In this document: one piece after another, positions 25,844-32,854 of the stretch
Numbering within the stretch: position 1 is the first letter of the stretch
Layout of the letters: each line of letters begins with the position of its first letter
Assembly: GCA_947624125.1 (NCBI GenBank)
Contig: CANQIY010000002.1
Location: 1 to 32,854, forward strand
From: an uncultured Bacilli bacterium
GTDB taxonomy: Bacteria > Bacillota_I > Bacilli_A > RF39 > UBA660
Reading direction: 5' to 3'
DNA: 32,854 bases
The notes under the pieces: model-generated
What the model was told of the DNA's origin: nothing
Databases searched by the model: none
The model's input: the letters and a program-made list of their open reading frames with translations, nothing else
Program-made: the position numbers and the translations under genes

Positions 25844-28207
25844 ATGCAAAAAAGTGAGATAATGGAAATTATCAATAAGAAAACAGCCGAAGCTAAAAAA
25901 ATTATTAATGAAATTAATGAATTAAAAAAGATGCTTAATAATTATGATAGTCAAAATAGAGCTATGTTTACAAATGAAGAAAAAGTAAATCTTTTTATGG
26001 ATTATTTTAAAGGTAGAGATAATATATATCCTTATCTTTCTATTGATAAAAAAGATACGAGTAAAAAATATTATATACCTAAGTGCGCTAATGAATGGAA
26101 TAAAAATGTTTGCTATAAGACAATGGGCAAAAAATGTAGGGATTGTCCCAATTGGTTAGATAAACCTATTGATAAAGAAGTAATTAGAAATCATTTATTT
26201 AATAATATACCAATTGGTATTTATCCTATGTTAGAAGATGAAACATGTTATTTTCTTGCCTTTGATTTTGATGATAAGAAAAATGAAAATACTATTAAAG
26301 AAGATGTTCTTGCTTTTGCTAGTGTTTGTGATAAATATAATGTGCCAATTGCGATTGAAAGAAGTAGGTCTGGGCATGGAATGCATATATGGATTTTTTT
26401 TGAAAATAATATAAAAGCTTCCATAGCAAGAAAGATGGGAAGTTTATTATTATCAAAAACGATGGAAATCCGTGATACTTTAAAAATAGACTCTTTTGAT
26501 AGAATGTTTCCTAATCAAGATACTTTACCTAAAGGTGGTTATGGTAATTTAATTATGCTTCCTTTTCAAAACGACCCGATGAAATACAATAATACAGTTT
26601 TTTTAGATAGAAATTTTTTAGCCTATAAAGACCAATACGCTTATTTAGCCAAAGTTAAAAAAATGAATTATGATGAAGTAGCAAGTATTATAAGAATATT
26701 ATCTATGAATACAATTGATATTAGTAATGAATATATGGAATTAAAAAAAGAAATAAATAATAAAGAAAAAAATAATTTTGATTTTCCAAATAACATTAAT
26801 GTTATATTAGATAATATGATTTATATAGATAAAGCTAATTTAAGTTCAGCAGTTAAAAATTGTTTTAGAAGACTAGCTACTTTTGCTAATCCGGAATTTT
26901 TTAAGAAACAAAGGATGAGAATGTCTGTTCATAATATTCCGATGATTATAGACTGTAGTAAAGAAGATGATAAGTATTTGATGCTCCCGAGAGGAAAACT
27001 AGAATATCTAAGTGTTTTATGTAATCAAAATAATATAAAAATGAATATTATTGATAAAAGAAATAAAGGCGAAAAAATAAATATAAAATTTAATGGGGAA
27101 TTAAGAGAAGAACAAAAACAAGCCCTAAATGGCATGTTGAAATATGAAAATGGTATTCTTGAGGCACCGACGGGATTTGGCAAAACAGTTATATGTTGTA
27201 AATTAATTGAAGAAAGAAATGTTAATACACTTATTATTACTTTTAATTTATCCCTTTTAAAACAATGGAAAGAAAGATTAAAAGAATTTTTAAATATTTC
27301 TCTAGTTGGACAGATTGGTGATGGAAAGAATACTTTGACAAATAAAATTGATGTGGCTAGTATTAAAGCAATATATAATGAGGGAAAATTTAATGATATG
27401 GTTAAAAACTATGGTATGATAATTATCGATGAGTGTCATCATTCATCTGCTTATACATATGAGGCGGCATTAAATATGGTCAATGCTAAATATGTGTATG
27501 GCGTATCAGCAACCCCAGAAAAAGAAAATGGTCATACTCCCATTATCAAAATGCAGTGTGGTGATATTAGATATAAAGTTGATATGAAGGAATATAATAA
27601 AAAATTAAATTTATCAATGAAAGTTTATAATAGAAGTGTTCATTTGAATTTTGTTAATAAAAATGTAACGGATTATAAGATTAATGAAATATATGATTTA
27701 ATAACCAAAGATGTGATAAGAAATGAAAAAGTTATTAAAGATGTAAAAAGGGAATTTGAAAAGGGGAAAAATATATTAGTTTTAACAGAAAGAATTGAAC
27801 ATTTAGAATATTTATTTACCAAATTATCTAAGATAACGGATAATATAATTATATATCGAGGCGGATTAGGTAAAAAGGTTTTAAAAAAATATGATGAATT
27901 AAATGATAATATAAAGAAAAATAATGAAAATAAAATTATAATTGCTACGAGTTCTTGCATTGGGGAAGGATTTGATGATTCTAGTTTGGAAGTTTTATTT
28001 TTAACGATGCCTATTTCAAGTATAAATAGAATAGTACAGTATACGGGAAGATTACATCGAAAGAATGAAAATAAAAAAGAAATAATTGTTTATGATTATG
28101 TTGATGATAATTTTGCAATGATTAGAAATATGTTTTTAAAAAGAAAGAAGGCATATGAAAAAGTTGGGTATGAAATTGTGGAAAATAATGGGCAAATGTC
28201 ATTATAA
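25844..28207 (+). CDS. Archaeo-eukaryotic primase (PrimPol)-like domain fused to an SF2 DEAD/DEAH-type helicase
   Basis: Cys cluster C-x8-C-x7-C-x2-C (CANEW...CRDC). AEP motifs LAFDFDD, SGHGMHIWIFF and FDRMFPNQD. Helicase motifs APTGFGKT (I), IIIDECHH (II), VSATP (III) and QYTGRLHR (VI). Confidence 0.8.
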   Translation: MQKSEIMEIINKKTAEAKKIINEINELKKMLNNYDSQNRAMFTNEEKVNLFMDYFKGRDNIYPYLSIDKKDTSKKYYIPKCANEWNKNVCYKTMGKKCRDCPNWLDKPIDKEVIRNHLFNNIPIGIYPMLEDETCYFLAFDFDDKKNENTIKEDVLAFASVCDKYNVPIAIERSRSGHGMHIWIFFENNIKASIARKMGSLLLSKTMEIRDTLKIDSFDRMFPNQDTLPKGGYGNLIMLPFQNDPMKYNNTVFLDRNFLAYKDQYAYLAKVKKMNYDEVASIIRILSMNTIDISNEYMELKKEINNKEKNNFDFPNNINVILDNMIYIDKANLSSAVKNCFRRLATFANPEFFKKQRMRMSVHNIPMIIDCSKEDDKYLMLPRGKLEYLSVLCNQNNIKMNIIDKRNKGEKINIKFNGELREEQKQALNGMLKYENGILEAPTGFGKTVICCKLIEERNVNTLIITFNLSLLKQWKERLKEFLNISLVGQIGDGKNTLTNKIDVASIKAIYNEGKFNDMVKNYGMIIIDECHHSSAYTYEAALNMVNAKYVYGVSATPEKENGHTPIIKMQCGDIRYKVDMKEYNKKLNLSMKVYNRSVHLNFVNKNVTDYKINEIYDLITKDVIRNEKVIKDVKREFEKGKNILVLTERIEHLEYLFTKLSKITDNIIIYRGGLGKKVLKKYDELNDNIKKNNENKIIIATSSCIGEGFDDSSLEVLFLTMPISSINRIVQYTGRLHRKNENKKEIIVYDYVDDNFAMIRNMFLKRKKAYEKVGYEIVENNGQMSL

Positions 28208-28394
28208 TTTTTAAATTTGTGTTACGATAAAATGAAACATTATTATGTATAAAAATGAAGAAGAATTAAGTAAAATTATAGATGAAATGCAGTAAACGAA
28301 GTAACTTATGAGTGAAATAAAGAAAATTAGTGAAAAAAATAAAAATCTTAATAAAGAGATATGGTATTTCTGTAAAAGTGTAGGAATATTTACA

Positions 28395-29639
28395 TTAATC
28401 TTCTTTTTCTATTATTTTTTCTAATTCAATTCCAATTTTTTCTATTATACCTACTACAAGAGCGTTACCCATCATAAAATTTCTTTTTTTATCAGTCATT
28501 CCCGTATTTGTCCAATTATCTGGAAATCCATTAATTCTTTCACATTCAATAGGGGTTAATAATCTTATTTTTTTAGTCTTATAGTCTTCAATAATATGAG
28601 TAGTTCTGCTGATTCCACCTTCGCTAGTTAGCATTGTTCTAGCTGGTACTTCTAAATTATCTGGACAAGGCATAGCTCCCTCGGCATAAAAATATTTTTC
28701 ACCATTAGGCTTGGTTCTAAGAATCCTTTTATTACCTTTTAAATATTGAAACTTTTTATATTCCTTATCACTTAAAAAGAATTTTTTATCGACTTCTTCA
28801 TGTTGAATTAATTTTTTTAATGGGTAAATATCATTACATTCTGAAACTACTTTAAAAGTATAAGTTTTTCCATTGCACATGAGACCAGCATTATAAAATT
28901 GTGCCTTAAATTTATTACTAACTTCTACTAAATTTTTAAAAGAATTTTTTGATAAATTGGCAGTTTTAAATTCTAATTCTTCATCTTTAATTGGAAATTG
29001 TTTAACAAATATACCATCATTAAAGATTATATCTTTTGGATTTATTTTGGCAATGGATTTATAATATTTAGTAGATTTATGATAGGCAAAGATAAATACT
29101 CTTCTTCTTTTTTGTGGTAAACCATATTCACCAGCATTAATAACTCTCCATTGAACACCATATCCACAATCCATAAAACTTCTTAAAATAATACCAAAAT
29201 CTCTGCCTCTTTGTTTTGCGGGTGATAATAGCAACCTATCAACATTTTCTAACAAAACGAAGGGTGGCTTCTTTGCTTTTAATACATCATTAATAGCCCA
29301 CCATAAAACGCCTTTTTTGCCTTCAATACCTTTACTATTTGAAAGCGTTTGAGCAACAGAGTAATCTTGACACGGAAAACCTCCCACTAAAAGGGTATGG
29401 TTTGGAATTTTTTCTTTATCAACTTGGAATATATCAACATTACTCACATTTTTTTCTCCAAATCTTTTAACATAACAATCAAAAGCTTCTTGTGTTTTTG
29501 TTGAAGGCTCCCATTGGTTGGCCCATAAAAATTCCCAATTACCTTTTTCTTTAACTTTATTTTTAGTGAGTTCAACTTTATTTAAACCACATCTAAATCC
29601 ACCGACACCAGCAAATAGCTCTACTACGGTTTTCTTCAT
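28395..29639 (-). CDS. DNA (cytosine-5)-methyltransferase
   Basis: Motif I ELFAGVGGF, IV GGFPCQDYS, VI LLENV, VIII QKRRRVF, X GNALVV. RBS AGGAGG. Confidence 0.9.
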   Translation of the reverse strand: MKKTVVELFAGVGGFRCGLNKVELTKNKVKEKGNWEFLWANQWEPSTKTQEAFDCYVKRFGEKNVSNVDIFQVDKEKIPNHTLLVGGFPCQDYSVAQTLSNSKGIEGKKGVLWWAINDVLKAKKPPFVLLENVDRLLLSPAKQRGRDFGIILRSFMDCGYGVQWRVINAGEYGLPQKRRRVFIFAYHKSTKYYKSIAKINPKDIIFNDGIFVKQFPIKDEELEFKTANLSKNSFKNLVEVSNKFKAQFYNAGLMCNGKTYTFKVVSECNDIYPLKKLIQHEEVDKKFFLSDKEYKKFQYLKGNKRILRTKPNGEKYFYAEGAMPCPDNLEVPARTMLTSEGGISRTTHIIEDYKTKKIRLLTPIECERINGFPDNWTNTGMTDKKRNFMMGNALVVGIIEKIGIELEKIIEKED

Positions 29640-30089
29640 GTTTATTCCTCCTATAATTGTTTAAATCTACTATATTGTTTATAATATGATGGAAAAAATT
29701 AATTTCCTACTTATATTTTAAACCAATCTTTAAATTAAAACAAGATCAAAAAAAGAATTTTATAAGAAAGGTTCGATTAGACAATAGGAAGAAATGGAGC
29801 TTACCACTAAATAAATAGGTAGTAGATAACTACTATGTTATATATGGCAATAAGAAAAGATTTAAAAATTATTTCATTTTTATTGACTTTAACCATATTA
29901 TGAATTATATTAAAGGTGATAAACGAAAAACTTTGTTGGTATAAATGAAAATGAAGAGTATTGTGTAATATATGCAAAAGTAATTAAATTATCAGTAGTG
30001 AGTCATTAACTGGTTAGAAATACAAGAACAATATTTTTGGATTTATAATAAAAGAAATATTTAAAGAATTTAGTTAGGAGACAATTATT

Positions 30090-30830
30090 ATGGAAGAATT
30101 AAAATGGTTAACACCAAAATGTTGTGAAGAAAAAAGGAATTATAGGATAAAGCAAGCAAAGCAATTTGATAAAGGAATAGATAAGCCAGTCACAATTAAT
30201 TTATCCTTTGAAAATAATATTAAATATGGATTTCGTAATCCTGGCAAAGATGATGGTAAACCTATTAAAAATAGTAAAAATAAAAGAAGAGATATGACTC
30301 CATTTGTTGAAGCAGAAAATAATCCTATATCGACAGGTGAATTTAAAAATATATGGGGAGTATTATTAACATTACAACAAATTTTGGATAAAAGTATATT
30401 ATTAAAACTATATAGATTAATTTATAAACTTGCATTCATGGTAGATTTTGATTTTAATGAAGAAAATAAATGTTATATGCCAAATAGCACATTTATTAAT
30501 GATATACAATATATACAAGAAGAGATAAATAAAGCTGGTTCTGATATTAATATTAAATCATTTATAATATTACTTGATTTACTTGGATGGAATGAAGATT
30601 ATAAATATCAGTTAACAGATGATGTAGCAGATAGTCCGTGGACAGGAAGACTTAATTGTTTGATTTGTATGATATCAGTACCTATTGAGTTAAATAAGCT
30701 TAATATTAAAAAGGGAGAGAAAATAAATTTTGATAGTTTACTTGAAATGTGTTATGCATTTTGTATGTCTAGAGGAATATTTGTATTAAAGAAAAGTGAA
30801 TTAATTCAAGAATTAGAATTGGAGGAATAA
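30090..30830 (+). CDS. Hypothetical 246-aa protein, divergent from the methyltransferase (possible cognate nuclease or other defence component)
   Basis: TAGGAG RBS. No family recognised. There is only a weak D...(E/D)xK-like string (LLDLLGWNEDYKY). Confidence 0.5.
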   Translation: MEELKWLTPKCCEEKRNYRIKQAKQFDKGIDKPVTINLSFENNIKYGFRNPGKDDGKPIKNSKNKRRDMTPFVEAENNPISTGEFKNIWGVLLTLQQILDKSILLKLYRLIYKLAFMVDFDFNEENKCYMPNSTFINDIQYIQEEINKAGSDINIKSFIILLDLLGWNEDYKYQLTDDVADSPWTGRLNCLICMISVPIELNKLNIKKGEKINFDSLLEMCYAFCMSRGIFVLKKSELIQELELEE

Positions 30831-31194
30831 GTAATATATTTCTCCTTTTTATAAACCATTAAGGGTGTATGAATGAACTAAGATTTATCTAATTTTCATT
30901 TCACAAAATAATTTTAATTTTCATACCTTATATTAGGTGATAAAACTATGAATGAAAGAGTAAGTAAAAAGGTGGTAATTGATGCTGGACACCCGAGTTT
31001 TGATAAACCCGATAAATTAAAACTTGGGTTGTAGCAAAAAAGAATCTATGATTTATGATAAAAATTATAATAAGATACTTGGGTAAGTGTCTATTAATTT
31101 GAAAAAAATTAGGAAAATAATTTTCTTTTGTGGTAATTTATGGTATTATATAAAATTAAGAAATTGTTTTGATATGCATAGATATGGAGGTCAT

Positions 31195-32076
31195 ATGAGT
31201 ATAACCAATAAATTTACTGAATTTTGCAATAACATTAAAATTAGCAAAGAAAATTTAGATTGTATAAGCGATAGATATCATAAAATAACAAGAAGAATAA
31301 ATATAGACTATTGGAATACGGAATCTGATATTAACCATAGTTTATATGTTGGATCATTTGGAAGAGATACGGAGATTTATTGTAGTGATATAGATATGTT
31401 GGTTGAATTACCTTATTTTGTTTATGAAAAATATAATAATTATCAAGGAAATGGACAATCTGCATTATTACAAGATGTTAAAAAGGTGATAGAAAAAACC
31501 TATGTTTATTCTAACTTAAAAGGTGATGGTCAAATAATTAGTTTGCCTTTTAGTGATGGAATAAATTTTGAAATTCTACCTGCTTTTGTAAATACTGATA
31601 ATATTAGTTTTACTTTTCCTAATTCAAATAATGGCGGAAGTTGGAAAAAAACAAATCCGAGGGCTGAAATTAATGCCGTGAATGAATTAAATAAAACTTG
31701 TAATGGTAATTTAAAAAAATTATGCAGAATGGTAAGAGCATGGAAAAAATACAATAATGTTGATATAAGTGGTATTTTGATAGATATATTATGTTATAGA
31801 TTTTTAGAAAATTGGGAATATCGTGCAAATTCTTTAGAATATTTTGATTGGTTAACAAGAGACTTTTTTAAGTATTTATCTGAAATTGATTTGAATCAGT
31901 CTGAATGGTATATAATGGGTAGCAATAGAAAAATAGTTGATAATGGATATTTTCAAGGTAAAGCAAAAAAGGCCTATGAAACATCTTTAGAAGCAATAGA
32001 ATATGAAAATAAAAAGTATGAATGGTCTGCTAATCAAAAATGGAGGGATATATATGGAACGAAATTTCCACAATAG
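31195..32076 (+). CDS. SMODS-type (CD-NTase-like) nucleotidyltransferase
   Basis: Start moved to ATG 31195 (GGAGG RBS). Pol-beta NTase signature GSFGRDTEIYCSDIDMLV, then FEILPAF as the third acidic position. Confidence 0.75.
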   Translation: MSITNKFTEFCNNIKISKENLDCISDRYHKITRRINIDYWNTESDINHSLYVGSFGRDTEIYCSDIDMLVELPYFVYEKYNNYQGNGQSALLQDVKKVIEKTYVYSNLKGDGQIISLPFSDGINFEILPAFVNTDNISFTFPNSNNGGSWKKTNPRAEINAVNELNKTCNGNLKKLCRMVRAWKKYNNVDISGILIDILCYRFLENWEYRANSLEYFDWLTRDFFKYLSEIDLNQSEWYIMGSNRKIVDNGYFQGKAKKAYETSLEAIEYENKKYEWSANQKWRDIYGTKFPQ

Positions 32077-32635
32077 CCAAGGATATAAATTAGAATCGCA
32101 ATTAAGAGAGGCCTTTGGTAAAGTTGTTTATACTCAAACATGTCACAATAAAATGGCTGAAAGATTTGCTAAAAGAGATAATAATATTAAAATTTTTCAA
32201 ATTGTGCTTTCTGCAATGACAACGGGAGGCTTTATTACAACTATAATATGTGATGATACGATTGTTAAAATAATAGGCTCAATAATATCATTTTTATTAT
32301 TAATATTTAATTCTTACACTAAAAATTTTAATTTAATTGAAAAAGCAGAGTCTCATAAAAATGCTGCTAATTTGTTGTGGAAAATTAGAGAAGAGTATAT
32401 ATCAGTATTAACTGATTTTGAAATATTGGATGTAGATAAAATTATTTCAATACGAAATGATTTACAAAACAGAACATACGAAATTTATAATAGTTCTCCA
32501 AGAACAGATAAAAAAAGTTATTTACAAGCTCAAAAAAGTTTAAAAACTGAAGAAGAACAAACTTTTTCTGAAAAAGAAATTGATAATATGCTCCCTAATT
32601 CAATTAGACGAGAAAATAGAAAATATAAGGAATAA
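32054..32635 (+). CDS. SLATT-domain two-transmembrane effector
   Basis: Start moved to ATG 32054 (GGAGGG RBS), overlapping the NTase gene by 23 nt. Helical N-terminus, two TM helices (IFQIVLSAMTTGGFITTIIC; IIGSIISFLLLIF), helical C-terminus. Always-adjacent partner type of SMODS. Confidence 0.65.
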   Translation: MERNFHNSQGYKLESQLREAFGKVVYTQTCHNKMAERFAKRDNNIKIFQIVLSAMTTGGFITTIICDDTIVKIIGSIISFLLLIFNSYTKNFNLIEKAESHKNAANLLWKIREEYISVLTDFEILDVDKIISIRNDLQNRTYEIYNSSPRTDKKSYLQAQKSLKTEEEQTFSEKEIDNMLPNSIRRENRKYKE

Positions 32636-32702
32636 TTATAAAGTTTTAGAATAACTGCTATTTTTAATGTTTTTTGATGAAGAAGAAAGCGAGGATTGAT
32701 AA

Positions 32703-32854
32703 ATGAGTTTAAATTATGGAATATTTAGAAGTCAACCGATAATGACTATCAATGATTTAGCACAAATCGGTTCACACAATAAAAGAGAAAAGAAAGTATA
32801 TAAAAGTAATAAAGATATTAAATTAGAATTAACAAAAAATAATATTGAATTAGT
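32703..32854 (+). CDS. MobV-family (Mob/Pre) relaxase, N-terminal 50 codons (runs off the window)
   Basis: GSHNKREKKVYKSNKDIKLELTKNNIEL aligns by eye with the pMV158 MobM N-terminus (HNER...SNKDI...N.EL, HxxR motif). RBS GAGGA. Confidence 0.75.
   Translation, partial: MSLNYGIFRSQPIMTINDLAQIGSHNKREKKVYKSNKDIKLELTKNNIEL

Noticed and set aside
25844-28207. The PrimPol-helicase as the missing polymerase of the DGR.
   Set aside because: It has AEP motifs (DxD, sHxH) rather than RT palm motifs (no YxDD). It lies 25 kb away in a separate island, and no DGR is known to use an AEP.
30948-31034. A 28-codon ORF, MNERVSKKVVIDAGHPSFDKPDKLKLGL, resembling the N-terminus of an N-acetylmuramoyl-L-alanine amidase (VVIDAGHGG motif).
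   Set aside because: It is too short and the motif is imperfect (GHP rather than GHGG). At best it is a gene remnant that supports a mosaic origin for the island, so it is not reported as a feature.
1484-31858. Antisense or out-of-frame shadow ORFs in the track: 1484-1669(-), 11567-11857(-), 14160-14408(-), 17001-17183(+), 23116-23340(-), 27673-27960(-), 31530-31754(-), 31670-31858(-).
   Set aside because: Each is fully embedded in a longer gene with clear family motifs. All have low-complexity or hydrophobic composition typical of AT-rich antisense frames, and none has an RBS.
9679-32053. N-terminal extensions proposed by the ORF track: rbr 9679, pheT 11517, GLUG protein 13952, oxidoreductase 17714, DUF362 20978, rel 22874, SMODS 31087, SLATT 32003, AAA ATPase 6911, zinc-ribbon 3884.
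   Set aside because: In each case an internal ATG preceded by a good Shine-Dalgarno sequence coincides with the conserved N-terminus of the family. The extensions start at non-ATG codons or lack an RBS, and the rel extension starts inside a terminator hairpin.
1-32854. CRISPR arrays, rRNA genes, IS elements or transposases, UGA-to-Trp recoding (Mollicutes code), and retron-like ncRNA.
   Set aside because: No regularly spaced direct repeats were seen. No rRNA-like GC-rich blocks and no transposase or RT motifs were seen. TGA terminates several well-supported genes (for example at 601-603, 3356-3358 and 20166-20168), and Trp is encoded by TGG.

Overview
This is an AT-rich, Firmicutes-type chromosomal window (visibly under 30% GC) using the standard genetic code, with UGA as a stop. 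Rubrerythrin and radical-SAM genes suggest an anaerobe, possibly Erysipelotrichia- or Clostridia-like. The middle is ordinary core genome: tRNA-Cys, rubrerythrin, T-box-regulated pheS-pheT, an FAD oxidoreductase, a radical SAM enzyme, MscS, a short Rel/SpoT homologue, a GT2 glycosyltransferase, and several membrane or surface proteins. Two accessory segments stand out.

(1) Left edge: the 3' end of a truncated FGE-sulfatase/C-type-lectin-fold gene carries a 156-nt repeat (448-603). It recurs 379 bp downstream (827-982). All 12 mismatches in the 141-nt homologous core fall on adenines of the downstream copy, mostly in AAY codons. This is the signature of a diversity-generating retroelement (DGR) VR/TR pair. 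I see no reverse transcriptase or Avd gene anywhere in the window. The TR looks like a stand-alone promoter-TR-terminator unit.

(2) Right 7 kb (25.8-32.85 kb): a defence/mobilizable island. It holds an archaeo-eukaryotic primase (PrimPol) fused to an SF2 helicase, a convergent C5 cytosine methyltransferase, an unrecognisable 246-aa protein, a translationally coupled SMODS nucleotidyltransferase + SLATT 2TM effector pair (minimal CBASS-like), and the first 50 codons of a MobV relaxase.

No CRISPR array, rRNA or transposase was seen. All calls rest on reading motifs by eye; no searches were run.
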